DNA of 64,000 bases, from positions 2,294,001 to 2,358,000 of the forward strand of contig OZ193909.1 of assembly GCA_964276515.1 (NCBI GenBank). Reading direction: 5' to 3'. Positions 13,153-26,622 of the stretch are shown here, in pieces. Both the position numbers and the translations under genes were made by a program. The stretch's first letter is position 1. The number at the start of each line of letters is the position of its first letter. The notes under the pieces were generated by a model. The model saw only the letters and a list, made by a program, of their open reading frames with translations, had not been told where the DNA came from and searched no databases. This DNA comes from Gordius albopunctatus. Taxonomy: Eukaryota.

Positions 13153-13225
13153 GCCCTGGTAGCTCAGTCGGTAGAGCGTTAGGCTTTTAACCTAACGGTC
13201 TTGGGTTCGAGCCCCAACCAGGGCG
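13153..13225 (+). tRNA. tRNA-Lys (anticodon UUU), second copy
   Basis: Identical to 8802-8874; T7 terminator follows. Confidence 0.96.
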
Positions 13226-13577
13226 ATTTTTTTAATTTTATTTTTATAGTTTTAATTTAAAATACAATTAGGTCGGGCTTATGAAATTTGAGATTATTAT
13301 TTATAATCGGGTAGGAAATGAATTCATTTTTTATTTAAAAACCTAAATGCCATTTTTTGGATATATACATCATTTAGAGTTATATTACTTTTTTTAAAGT
13401 AATTTTGCGGCAATATTGTCTATATTTTTTCCTTAATAAATCTTCTTTGTGTTGGTGCTAATTTTACGAAGAGATTTTTTAGGTCTAGTCCAATTCAAAT
13501 GACGGATTATAATCGAAACTATTGACTATAAATCTCAATTAAACTGCTGGCTGCTTGGTAAACTATGTCGATATTCG

Positions 13578-13713
13578 CATGGGCGTTAGAGGGGGCCAAT
13601 AATGATTTAGGGAGAGGCAAAATGATCATTTTTTACTATTTTAGCCCCATAATTTTAATAAATTTCTACAAATTTTTGGGGGCAGCCGCCCCTCCCCCCT
13701 TGGCTACGCCCAT
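13578..13713. mobile_element. hAT MITE, CATGGGCGTAGCC family
   Basis: CATGGGCGT...TACGCCCATG termini; imperfect TSD GATATTCG/TGTATTCG. Confidence 0.8.
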
Positions 13714-14350
13714 GTGTATTCGCAATAAAAGCAATTGCTAATCTTCAAGTATATTTCAAGTTGATAAATTTGTATAATAAGAAGAAATAAATTTTGATTT
13801 TATAAAATTATCAAAACATTGTTTCGTTAAATTATATAAATAGCTTGCTAAATTACGATGGAATTTAATGTAATAGTTAATTCTTAATACTGAAACTTTT
13901 TAATCAAACATTGATATATATAAATATATATATATATATAAAGACTTTTTGCCAAGGGTCGTAGTTGAATGGACGAAGAATTATTATTATATAGGTAGAA
14001 GGATGAAAGCTCGCAATCATTGGCGTGGCCAGGGGGTAGGGGGGGGGGCTGCCCCCCTCTAAATTCAAAAATTTGTCTGAATTTAATATAATTAAGGCTA
14101 AGACTACTAAAAAATATTATTGTGCCCGTCCCTAAATGGCTAAGTCCATGAAGGCTAACGCAATTAGTAGGTGGATTTATTAAATTTCCAAAAAGGCTGT
14201 ATAATAGACCAGGAGCCGATCCTTTTTTAAAGCAAACACCAAAATATAGGAACACACCAAAAATGTTAAAATAGAATTTGTGTATAAGTCATATTAAGAG
14301 CAACTCGTCGCAAACAAATACAAATGTATAGTATTTATTCTGCACGTCTT

Positions 14351-14737
14351 CCTACCTTCTTGGCTGGTTAAGGATCCCAACAGTATTAAAAACTCATTTC
14401 TAAAGTTTATGCATTGTGGCAGCATGTGTAAATATATTTGGAATGATCCTACCTTCTTGCTGGTTAAGGATCCCAACAGTATTAAAAACTCATTTCTAAA
14501 GTTTATGCATTGTGGCAGCATGTGTAAATATATTTGGAATGATCCTACCTTCTTGGCTGGTTAAGGATCCCAACAGTATTAAAAACTCATTTCTAAAGTT
14601 TATGCATTGTGGCAGCATGTGTAAATATATTTGGAATGATCCTACCTTCTTGGCTGGTTAAGGATCCCAACAGTATTAAAAACTCATTTCTAAAGTTTAT
14701 CCACTGTGGCCGCATGTGTAAATATATTTGGAATGAT
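14351..14737. repeat. Tandem repeat, 4 x 96-97 bp
   Basis: Units start at 14351, 14448, 14544 and 14641 (CCTACCTTCTTGGCTGGTTAAGGATCC...GGAATGAT); near-identical, no spacers. Confidence 0.95.
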
Positions 14738-15328
14738 TTGTCAATTTATATGGGGAGGAAAGCATTAATATCATTATTACAGACTTTAAAACCCTGTCCC
14801 CCTCTTATTGACATAAAAATAATAATTTTTCCCCGAATTATATGCAAAAAAGTCATTGATATTGTTATTAATAAGAATTTTGTTGGTGTTGCGCTTATAT
14901 AAATAATTACTATAATTAATTTGAGAGTTAATTTTATAAGAAAATCAAGATTAAAGGCAATATTCTGCTTTTTAAACCATAATTTTGGGCTGTAAAACGT
15001 TTGTTTTATTCAATTCCATAGATTAAAAGTGGCATACAAACATTTCACCATTTATTGAATCATTAAAAAATCACATCAAGGCTCGTGTTGTGTGGGCGGA
15101 CAAACACGCGTGTTTCGTACGGTGAAAATCCAGCGCAAGATTTTCCTACTATAATTTCGTACTCCTCCTTTAAGGGCAAATTTTTAAAGGTCCTTTTGTT
15201 GGTAGTCTTGAATAGAACAAAGTTTTTTAAATTAAAATATTTCATTACTTTATATTATAATAGTTCATATGAACACTTGAAAAGTCGTTATATGCTCCTG
15301 GCCCCAAATTTAAATTCTGATGGCTAGA

Positions 15329-15484
15329 CATAGGCGTAGCCAAGGGCGGGGGGGGGGGGGGCAGAGAGGGGCGGCTGCCCCCCTCTAAATCCAAAAACTG
15401 TTAAAATTTATTAAAATTATGGGGCTAAAATTTCAAAAATAACTATTTTGCCCCTCCCCCTAAATCATTATGGCTACGCCTATG
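15329..15484. mobile_element. hAT MITE, CATGGGCGTAGCC family
   Basis: CATAGGCGTAGCCA...TGGCTACGCCTATG perfect TIR; TSD-like TGGCTAGA/TGGCTACT. Confidence 0.82.
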
Positions 15485-15621
15485 TGGCTACTAGACCAGT
15501 ATAAAATCTTAAATTCGCAAAAAATAAAATTAAGGTTGGTCCTACAAGCACTCCCGTTATGTCATTTAGTTTTGCTACATAAAGGGATAAATAATTGTTA
15601 GCCAAAAAGTCACTTTTTATA

Positions 15622-15802
15622 GAGAGTTGTTAAATTGTTAACTTTCTTCAAACTCAGTTGCTTCATATGCGCGTTAGCAGAATATGTGCTCCCTTTTGGT
15701 GCACTAGGCAGAGCAGTAGCATATAAAAATGCTCGAAGGCGGAGCAGAAACTGGAGCAGATGGTAGCTGGAGTTGAAGAAAGTTAGCAATATAACAACTC
15801 TA
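15622..15802. mobile_element. hAT-type MITE, second copy of 711-913
   Basis: Same TIR and internal sequence as 711-913. Confidence 0.82.
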
Positions 15803-15858
15803 TTTTATATCTATAAAAATGTGTACTCAATGTAAATGATTGAGCGCTTCAAAAAAAT

Positions 15859-17009
15859 TCAAAGTTTCTCGTTTAATTTCCAGTTATGATGGGAAACGTG
15901 CGATGATGCATTAACATATAAATAAAAATCAATAGAGTATTTAAACTCATCGATGATAGTTGAAAAATTACGGAAATTGCTTAAAACGAGGTAAATTGAT
16001 TTAAATCTTAAAATTAGTAAAAGTTGTTTTGCACATAAACTATAATGCTTTCCAACCTGCCAATTATAAATTTGCTTAGTTCGGAAAGACATAAATAAAT
16101 ATATAATATCTACTTTATTATATGGACACCAAGAAATCCAAGTGTTATCTATGCTTTCGTGAGGCATCTCAATATATAGTGCCAAAGATCTATTGTCACA
16201 TTGAGGATGACTGGAACAAAATTTCTTTTTGCCCTTGAGGATGAATTTCAAATTGCCACCCCTATCGCCATTTGCACGTGAATAATGAACGCCTATAGGT
16301 AATTCGTCTACAAATATAATTCAAAATATTTTTATGATTTCTAAATGTGAAAAATTTTTGCATTACAGCGAAACATGAAAAAGGGATATTTATTATTACT
16401 TTTAATTACCATTACACCTTTTTCTGTATCTGTAAAACAATGTATAAAGGAGTAAAAATAGTTTTTAATGGAAAAATACTTACACTTAAATTTAATTGAG
16501 GCGCCATATGATGAACTTACCCGAGGATTGCCTTCAAAAACTACATAAAGCACCAAAAAATAGGTGTTGCCAACAGTTAGATATTTTATAATTTGAGTGG
16601 TGCCACAAAACACTTGCTATAATTGCAAAAATAAAAGACATATATATAACATAAAAAATAATTAACTCCGCAAAAATCGGTATAGTTTGTTGTGTCATTT
16701 TTTGTACGTATCCTGTAAAAATAATAATCAATTTTGTTATCACGATATTTTTGTGGTTCCTGGAACGATATGTTTATAGCTGATTCATTAGATTCCACTA
16801 TAGGCTTGACCGTTAGGTTACCAATTCCATACAAAGATCCATCATATAAAGTCAATTTTTTACCTAACGTGATAAAAAATATATATGTATGGGGTTAGCC
16901 AAGGGATCCAATTATCCCTAAATCATTTATATCATTTACTTCTCTTAGCAGCTGAAATTTCTCTCGGATTCAATGCGACAAATATAATGCACAATAGTTG
17001 GGAAATCAT
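15859..17009 (-). CDS. Putative small secreted protein with a fibronectin type III-like segment, multi-exon
   Basis: Exon 1 (17009-16940) MISQLLCIIFVALNPREISAAKR is signal-peptide-like. In-phase GT-AG joins lead to ...AINISFQEPQKYRDNKIDYYFYRIRT...QIIKYLTVGNTYFLVLYVV (FN3-like pattern) and then to a Cys-containing exon near 16307-16114. The 3' end is uncertain. Confidence 0.55.
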
Positions 17010-17764
17010 TTAAATTTCAAAAAATATGATAATAAATGGAGACTCTACCCGGTTTTTGGAAATGATGAAATAAGAGAATAGTCAAACTCAATGGCTCTTT
17101 AAATTCTTATCGTAAACAATGGACTGTTTATACGAAATGGAGTATATAAAAATAAAACTTATATACCTTCATTAAATTATGGTAAACATTTTTTATAATT
17201 CATATATTATTGCATTTTGTACCCACAGTTCAACTTCAAAGTACTCGACTGTTGTTTTATATACAACAAACACCATCTAAAACGCATGTTTTTACCAAAT
17301 CAAAATGACTATACGAAATTTATATACTAACTTACATGGGCATAGCCAGCTTTGGAATTAGAGGGGGTCAGCCGGCCTTCCCTGCCCCCCCCCCCTACCC
17401 ATTGGCTACGCCTTTGGATTTTACCATATTAAACATATGGCATGAGCAGTCTATTTACATGTAGTTTTTTAGGCTTCCACCAACTAAAATGTCCTTTTAG
17501 GCAAGAGATTAATTGAGCATATAAATTTTATTTGTTAAATCGCTAAAAATTGAATAAATATGGTTGCTTTTATATAGTATCATCAATTATTAAAAGTCCG
17601 CCGATCTAAAATTAAATATATACAAAAATATATAACAAAAAAATGGAAGTTTTATAAGTTAGAATATTCTTTTGTTTTGTATGTTGCCACAACTTTACAA
17701 TATCTTAAAAATAAAATAATATACGACGTTCAAAATAACAAAATTATGCATTTAAAAGATAATT

Positions 17765-20700
17765 TTAGCCTTTGGCATTTTTCTTGATTCTCAATAATTG
17801 TATGTAAGAAATGATCCAAAATAAAACGGTCATCCCCCAGATTATAACTATATTACTCCATAAATCCCAAGTAGTTTCATAGGGTATATTTTCGGCTTTT
17901 AAAAAATCATTTCCATATGAGCTAAATAATAAAAAATAATTTTTAAAATAATTATAATAAAAAATTTAGAAACTCGATAAATTGCTTAATAGCAACTTTA
18001 GTAATATATATATTGCTAATTTAGTATTAAAATGATATAAATATAGGTTTATTCCAGTATTATTTCAAACCATGTCTGATTAAATGAGGTAATGCTTGTT
18101 TGAGTGTGGTCTGCTGGTTCACAGTATTCTTGATCCTTTAGTTCGTTGATAAGCAAAACCTGAGAGCAAACAGAAAAAGAATAAATCGCACAAAATTTCG
18201 AAATTATACTGTAAAAAAACTTTAAATTTATTTATAAGTTTGTTCTTACTAATTTTGCCTACAAAATAATAGATTTTTTTTTAGAAAACTACAAAAAATT
18301 ATAAAAAATAACAATGCTATTCTTTTTTCCCCTATATAAATATTATCATGTTAAAAAGAAGTATAAATACACTTGAAACTTCAATAACTTACGTTGTAAC
18401 CATAACGAAACATGCTTAGGTATTTCAACCAGTGGAATATTTTAGGAATTGATTCAACATTGGCATAATAACCACTGAGCAGCTAATAAACATTTTTGTT
18501 AAAAATTAATAATCATAAAAACCGAAATGGCGAAGAAAAAAATTTTCCTATGCAAAAAGACTTAAAAATTAAAAAAATTTCAAATTTTGCCTCCCCCCCC
18601 AATAAAAAACCTGGTTACGCCCATATAAAAAGTTATAATATTTTGATAAATGTGCTATCAAAATTTTATTGCTATCAACAAAAAAAAGGGTACTTATAAT
18701 TAAAAAGATTAACTAGAATGTAGGAATTTTTAAAATTAGAAATACTACCTACTTTTAAATTCCCCTGGGCTTTGTCGTTATAACCTTTGCTACCCGCTAC
18801 TACTCTTGTAAAAACAGCTGGGTTTTGTGCGACACTGGTCCGTGTTTTAATTTGGCTTGCTTATGTTTAGTCGACTAAAACCAAAGGCCGCCCAAATAAA
18901 ACTCAACCGTTTTTACAACATTACTCGCTACCACTAAATCCTCTAATCAGACTTGCATAGTATATTGATTCATGGGAGTAGCCAGGATTAGAATTAGAGG
19001 CGGGGGCAATACTGATTTAGGGCTAAGGGCCAAAATAACAATTGTTTGAAATTTTAGCCCCATAATTATTATATTAAAATTTGAAGGATTTTTGGATTTA
19101 GAAGAGGGCAGCCACCCCCCCCCCCCTGCCACCCCCGGGCTACGCTCATGTGTTGATTTTATTTTTTTGGTTTGACATTAAAAAAATTATCTTCTTTTTT
19201 AATTTAACGGGGGTAGACTAACTAATTATTCATACTAAAAGAGATTCCAATGAGTTATATAAATGTGCATTGTCAGCAAGATATTAATTATATAGGCTCT
19301 GTAGGAAGCATTGGTAGCCAGGATTAGAATTAGAGGCGGGGCCAATAATGATTTAGGGCTAAGGGGCAAAATAATTATTTTTTGAAACTTTAGCCCCATA
19401 ATTTTAATAAATTTAAACAAATTCTTAGATTTAGGGGAGGGGGAAGCCGCTTCTCCATGCCCCCCCCCCGGCTACGCCCATGTGAATTTGTTTGGATAAA
19501 AATGTAATTATATTTGTCAAAAAATTAGCTTACGATTAGTAAAACCATGTACAGAATGCACACATTGAAAGCGATGTCGACCCTTTTGAAAGACACACTA
19601 TTAATTAATACAAGGGCACTACCCGACGTAACGAGGCAGATAAGTGAAAATATAAACATCAGGTATTTCGGTAAGGAGGCTTGAAAACCTGGAAAAAACA
19701 TTTTAAAAAAATGAATTTTACTGCAAAATTTTAAATAAAAATATCGAAAATTTTATAGTAAAATATGTGAACAATGAAAATTTTTCTGACCAATCATCCA
19801 ATAGACGATAGTTATTAAGATTAACATGGGAAAATATCGCATGGGAACCAGATCTCCAAGCATCTTGGCAAAAAAGTAAACGGAAACTCTGTAAAATGCA
19901 TTGGTCGCTTCGTGTCTAATATTGCAAAAAAGTAGAAATATTAATAAACAAAATAATAAAACACTGGTCAACAAATATTGCACTTATAAAATTAACCTGC
20001 AAATTGTTTGCAGATTCTGGTAGAGTTTTTATATATTTTAATTTTTTCCCTATACCTCAAGTTTTTGAAATATTTGCTGTCAAAGTTGCTAAAAACAACA
20101 ATTTCGGCGTTTTTCAAACGTCAACAAATTGCAAATTAATCGGTAAAATTTTTGTTTAAGAAATTCGATTTATAAAGAAGAGAAAAATCCATTAAAAGAT
20201 TTTTGTAACCTAGCTCTAATAATAATTTTTGATATATATTTAAAATTAACTTATCTCTGTGGTAATCCATCCACAACATACATATATATTTAAATAAAAC
20301 CTTAGAGTACAGTTAAAATATGTATAAACATGATTTGAATTTTCAATTACATGAATAGTGCTCGTTCGCCTATGAAAGTATTAATGGCCGAAAGGCTGGT
20401 TGTCACTTGATCCAATACTATAAGGTTCAAAACTCCAGTTCTGTGTATATTAAATTTTTTAGAAATATTAAAATATTTTTTTGCTTATAATTTATTTTTA
20501 GAGATAAATTATTTAGAAATAAAGTAATATTATAACTTTATTTAATCCAGTTTAAAATGTTACCTATTTGAGATTGCATACAAGCTCGATTGACCAACGT
20601 TAAAATACAAGGTGCCAAGTATTAAAGCATAGATTATAGTTCTAACAACCTAAAAAATAATTATCAATTATATAAATAAATACTTGAATATAGAGATTTT

Positions 20701-23700
20701 GATAGGTTCTGTATATATTTAAATACGTTCTCCAAGATAGTGCTACAAACTATAAAAAATATGAAATTAAAGTTTAGAATAATGTTTATTAAATGTCATT
20801 ACTATTGGATATCATTTATTGTAAAAAAATTTTGATAACGAAAAAGATAGAGGTATCGAAGGCTGTTAGGCCTTTGTAATTAAACAACTAAGGAAAAGAT
20901 AATTTTTATTTTAAAAACTTTAAAAAATTAGATAGGAAATTTGATTTTAATTAATCTAAAATTTTGTCGTTTTCCTTTATTTTTTTTAAAAATATTAATA
21001 TAACCAAATTAAATGATGTTTTGAATGCGAGCAAAGTGATCGTATAATTTTGTAGATATCTTATTTATAACTTTTACTTATATGCTTTTCAATTTGAACT
21101 AAAATTTGAATTTTAAGCCGTACACACAAAGTCTTGGGGGCTACTAATAGCCTCGAAAAATTGTTTTTCTTCTATAAAAATTTTAAATTTTATGCTTTCG
21201 AAACAAAAAAAAATACACATATGGTTTAAATTTTAATTAAGTATTATTATTATTCTAAAAAACAATTACAAAGATAGTAGTAACCTCGGGCTACGACTAG
21301 CCCCGGTCTCCCACCCCCTAGCTAAGCCCATGTCACTACAATTTCTAAATATATTTCCTAGAGTGAAATTAGAATCTCAAATTTCAAAACTAAGATGTAT
21401 AACGAAATACTTGTTCACAATAGGTTGTGGCAAAAAAACTTTTCCCACCAGCTAAAATTTGCTTGGATCCTTCATTTTTCAAGGAAATCCCATTTCTAAC
21501 GCATATTTCATGAAGGTCAATATGCACACTAGCATAAAAATCCGAATTCTTATAGAGATGATGCAGGTCTAGAGCCTCTTCATCTACGAAGATAAAATTT
21601 AATTTGCCACTTTTGGCCATAATTATTATGTAATAAAACATTTTAATTTTTTAAAAAATGAATAAATAATTTAAAATTTTTTTAGAAAAAGCAAACACAG
21701 TTCTCGACCTTTAGATGTTGAGGCTTCCATTCTATGGGCAATAACGCTTGGCCTCTTTGCATTGCGTACAATGGTATCCAAGAGAAAGTCGGCGGGATTT
21801 AGAAATTTTTTGCACTCCAAACCTATTTAGTAAATTAAGTAAGATAATAACATGGGCGTAACCGAGGGGGACAGAGATGGGCGGTTGCCCCCCTCTAAAT
21901 CCAAAAATTTATTGAAATTTATTAAAATTACATCTAAAATTTCAAAAAATGTTCATTTCGCCCTCCCCCCCCCAAATCATTATTGCCCCTTTCTAATTCC
22001 AGTGCTGGCTACCCCCATGAATAATATAATGAAAACGTTGTAAAATGGTTTGTTTTTTTACAAAATTTAGTTGATAAAATAAAATAACCTATAGATGCGA
22101 AATAAATTGAAGCCTGATGGGCGGGGCCTTGATAAGCTATTCGACCCTCGGAAATTAGTATTAGTACGTCAAACAGCTTAAAAATTTCGTAGCGCGGTTG
22201 GTGAATCGACATTATAACGGTACAACCTCTGTCAGCTAATCTAAGTTAAAACATTTTTTATTTATTTTTAAAAATAAAAAAAAATTAAAAATTAAAAATA
22301 AGGAAAAAGTTGCACAAGTTAATTTAAGGGAAATATTACTTTTTAAGCAACAAAATGACCATGAGTGCAGTTGATGCGTCTAAACCCGTTGTTGGTTCAT
22401 CTAAAAATAATATGGTTGGAATGGTAACCAATTCGGCTCCTATGCTGCAACGCTTTCTCTCGCCCCCAGAAATTCCTCGAATTTCAACACCACCCACCTT
22501 AATTTTATTTGCGAAAAAGTTTTTAAAATTTTTCAAAACTAATGTATAAACGTTTCTAAAATTTAGGATTTTATTTGAATGATTGATTAAAAAGGAAAAT
22601 AAAGGCCTCTAAGCTATATTATATTAGAAATTTATGTGTTTTATCTAGTGCTGTAAGTGAACGCGTTCAAATTTTATGAACGCTCATGAACGGCGTTCTT
22701 TTATTTTTTGGTGAACTTTGAACGTGAACGCGTTCCTTTTTTGATGAACGCGTTCGAATTTAACGTTCGTTCAATTTTAAAAACCCTTTTTTGTTTTTAT
22801 TTATTTGAAAATTAATGTCAATCCGAATTTTTAACAAAAAAGTATTATATTTTTTAATCAGCTGTTTTTCATGTTTTCAATTACCAATTCCGAAATACTT
22901 TTAACATACTATAACGTGCAAAAGAAGATAAGATTAAAGTGAATTAATTTGATATTATTAATTATAGTTTAATTTATAGGTTAATATGGACTAATATTAT
23001 ATCGTCGTCATCTTCATATTCTGAATATTCAAAATCAGCAGATGAATTGAAATTGACATGGCCAAAATATGAAAAATATTTTTCACTCGTTTCATATAAA
23101 AGATCAAATTCAATAATTAAAATGAACCTATAAAGAATAAACTTTAAGTGTTATTGAAAAAAGGGATTGAAACCCCTAGAATTGATATTGAAAGAACTGT
23201 CAATTCCGAGATATCATTTCTTTGGCGAGGAAGTAGAGGGCGCATCGGAGGATGATATCTTGTCGCAATTTTTTGAAGCGAGGGACAAAACATTAAAAGT
23301 TTTTAATAAATTTCCTCCTTTAAAAAATTTGTTTATTAAGTATAATACTCCAATCCCCTCATCTGCCCCTGTGGAGCAGGTTTTTAGTATAGCTAATGCT
23401 GTATTAACTGCCAAGCGTTCCTGCTTATCAGAAGACAATTTTGAAAAACAATTATTTCTAAAAATAAATAAGAAAATAGATTATATTGATTTATAATTAT
23501 ATTGTCGAAATAAAACTATTATTTTTTATCATGGCTATTTATTGTATTAAAAAATATAAGACATTTATTTATATTAAATTAAACTTTAAAAAAATGTATC
23601 ATAAAATTGTGAACGAACGTGAACGAACGCGTTCATGAACGTGAACGCGTTCCTTTCCTTTTTAGACGAACGTGAACGTGAACGCGTTCGATTTTTTTAC

Positions 23701-25097
23701 AAATGTTTACAGCACTAGTTTTATCGAATAAAATACCTTAGTCCTCAAGCTAGATTTATTTATTGAAAAGCAGCAAGAAAATTCGAAAATTAAATGTAAT
23801 TGTAAATGCAAAGGGGTTGGGGTGGGTGGCTGCCCCCCCCCTAACCTGATGCTGGGTGCGCCCATAGTTATTTTGTTTTTAAATCCTTTTACATGCATTT
23901 GACGTAAGCACCCTTGCAAGGGGTAAAATTAATTTTTACAAAACTTATAATCAAAATTTACCAGAGAATCGGCACATTTTAATAAATCCAATTCTTCAAT
24001 AATTATTTGAACCATTTGCCTCTTTTTGTCCATGGTCACTTTGGATGACAATCGGACAGAAGCCGAAAACATGATATTCTCTCGAATAGTTAGTGTTGTC
24101 ATCAGCATATCTTCCTATAATAAAATTTGATAAAAGTTTAACTATTAACTATATACATGTAGTTTTTAAGATGTTTATTTTGCGATTACTACACCATATA
24201 TGATAACATTTCAATTTCCAAACTATACTAACGAAAAGTTTATTTATATTTTAGTCCCTAATTACCTGCGTTACGAATCCTGAATCCAGAATAAATCTTT
24301 TAGAAAGAGGTTTTCCATCGAGAAGAATCATACCCTCAGCACCCACTATTTCTTTACGCCCTCCTAATACGTTCAGTAATCTAAAACCGGACAAGTGCAA
24401 ACATATATTAATAACATTTAATATCTAATATTGATGCTATTAAAAAACTTTATATAATTTTAAAATTCAAGATAATTTATAATTAAAATAAGGTTAGAAG
24501 TGTGTAGGAAATCTTCGCTCGATGACATAACTAATTTTAAACTTACGAAGTCTTGCCAGCACCACTGGGGCCCATTAACGCGTTCAATCCATACTTAAAA
24601 ATTCCGCTAAATCAAAGCCACAGATACAAGCAAATATCATAAATTTGTGCAAAAAAGGGTATATAATATAAAGTTATAGCTAAATAAATAAAATATTAAA
24701 TTACCTCACGTCAGATAAAATATGCTTGGAAGGCTTTTTAGGACCCCAAATCCATTTCCGTTTTCCTTCTATCGTGTAATTGATATCTTGAAAGGAAAAA
24801 ATTGATTTCTTAAATTCAAATCTTCCACGATCATTCAAAGAATCAAATTTTTCCAATTTTTGATCTTTCAAATCAACATTTCTCATGTTGTTCACCAATG
24901 AATTTCTAAAAAAATGTTCATCATTATTATAGCATGATTTCTCTGTAAAACCTTTTAAATTTTTTGGACGAATCTTCAGATGGTTCAAAAGCTTTATTTG
25001 TAAATCCCGTTAGGAGTATTCCATTTTTATTCGAATTAACCACATTGCTTGATGAATCGCCCCTGAATAATATACTTTCCTTTATGTTCTTATTCAT
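17765..25097 (-). CDS. ABCG2-like half ABC transporter, copy A, 17 exons, about 709 aa, apparently intact
   Basis: Exons 25097-24952, 24905-24705, 24606-24547, 24380-24266, 24114-23962, 22497-22340, 22240-22089, 21822-21709, 21583-21411, 20749-20684, 20649-20564, 20440-20351, 19915-19791, 19688-19534, 18482-18393, 18159-18071 and 17921-17765 sum to 2130 nt in frame. Walker [10 protein letters not shown], signature [29 protein letters not shown], then a C-terminal membrane domain with ERALFIHE...YRVSVYF. Confidence 0.95.
18971..19150. mobile_element. hAT MITE, CATGGGCGTAGCC family (ABCG A intron 14)
   Basis: Family termini; TSD TATTGATT/TGTTGATT. A second copy follows at about 19310-19483. 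Confidence 0.8.
21851..22019. mobile_element. hAT MITE, CATGGGCGTAGCC family (ABCG A intron 7)
   Basis: CATGGGCGTAACC...GGCTACCCCCATG; absent from the matching short intron of copy B. Confidence 0.82.
22646..23717 (+). mobile_element. Internally deleted hAT transposon in ABCG A intron 5
   Basis: TIR TAGTGCTGTAA/TTACAGCACTA, perfect 8-bp TSD GTTTTATC, subterminal GAACGCGTTC/GAACGT arrays, hAT C-terminal dimerisation remnant [26 protein letters not shown] (23167-23496). Confidence 0.93.
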
Positions 25098-26454
25098 TCC
25101 AAAAACCCTCTTAACTAAATAATAAACACATTTTTTATAAAAAAGTTGGTTTTATATTAAAAAAAAATATTTAAGAAACTCACAAATTTTTATAAAAATA
25201 AAATAAATACGGCATTTTTATAAATTATTGCAATGGATAGTAAGGTTAAATTTGTTAAAATACTGATAAAAATACCTGATTTAGGGGATAAGTAGATAAT
25301 ATGTTTAAGAAAGAAAATGAAATATATACAAAATATCAGTAGAAAAATTAATTTTTACATTTAAAAAAATAAATTATGAAGACTAAATTTAAAATAATAA
25401 TCATTATGAGGGAAAACGTATATGATGAAGTCAGAGATGACCTTATGCCAGTAAATATCGAAGAATATTGCCTCCGGCCCTTAGCTAGGCCAAACACTTT
25501 AACTTTCTCGCCGAACAATTTTTTTGAATGATTTTTCATAAATATATGGTAATAGATTTTGTTTTTGGAAAGAATATACAAAGCGGTATATACTTGGCAT
25601 GCATTAGAAGAATATAAATATCTGCCGGGAAAAAAGTGGCAGGTGATAGCAGTAATATTATATACTTTTTCACCCAATCAAAATATTATTTTCAAAAAAT
25701 ATTATCTTCTTTACATATAAAACGAAATTTTTTAAATTAATTAGGTAAAATAATAAATACCTTCTTTATTATTATAATTATAAAAATTAAAAGAGTTGTT
25801 TCATGATCTTGATTATATTTTATTAGAAAATTAATATGGCCGATTGAGTGAGAATTGATTTTATTTGAAAAATAAATACCAAAAATTTTGCTTTGTGTCG
25901 TTTACTATTGGATTTTATTCAAAAATCTTAAATTTTTTGATTTTTACATTATATTTAAAAAAGTGCATATTTTTATAGGCTACAGAAAAAATGCTCAAGT
26001 GTGGTTATAAATACTCCAAGCTAAGCATGTGGCTTTCGCCAAAACCAGGTTATAAGGGTTACATGCCAAGGGGTATAAAATGTCCTATCAAAATATTGAT
26101 GAAAGTAAGCAGTGGCAATAAAATTTGATCATCGGAGCTAAGAAGAATACCCAGCAGGATGAAAATGCATGTTTAAATAAACGTTTTATTTATTTTTATT
26201 TCTTACACCCGCTTTTATATTTTATATATTTCCCATTTTTATACTTCGCCTTTATATTGTTGCTACCTACATGGAATAAACAAAATTTTAATCATAAAAC
26301 ATCGTGTAATAATATAAATTATCGAAAACTCGGTTTTCTATGCTGAATCGTTTTTCATTATTTGAATGTTTGACAAATTTATGATATTGCCCAATTTAGA
26401 ATTAACTTACAAAAAAGTAAGGTAAAACATTGTAAAAAATTTTAATATAAGCAG

Positions 26455-26622
26455 CATGGGCGTAACCAGCTTTTGATTTAGAGGGGGGGGGGCCAATAAT
26501 GATTTGGGATGTTTAGAGAGGGGAAAAATGAACATTTTTTGAAATTTAAGCCCCATAATTTTAATGAATTTCAACAATTTTTTGGATTTAGAGGGGGGCA
26601 GCCCCCTCTGGCTACGTCCATG
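26455..26622. mobile_element. hAT MITE, CATGGGCGTAGCC family
   Basis: Family termini; TSD ATAAGCAG/ATAAGCAA. Confidence 0.83.

Noticed and set aside
14351..14737. CRISPR array or repeat-protein ORFs (14294-14521, 14609-14902)
   Set aside because: Units are contiguous with no unique spacers, the context is eukaryotic, and the 97-bp unit is not a multiple of three.
18947..19420. Similar small ORFs (also 13884-14255, 21852-22043, 55108-55362) as a peptide gene family
   Set aside because: They are chance translations of the same MITE.
22355..22549. Plus-strand [14 protein letters not shown]..., and its mirror at 46546-46815
   Set aside because: Antisense shadow of ABCG exon 6.
24906..24951. 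Apparent frameshift at the 5' end of ABCG A (and stop codons at 45318-45330 in B)
   Set aside because: Resolved by short GT-AG introns at the homologous position in A, B and C.
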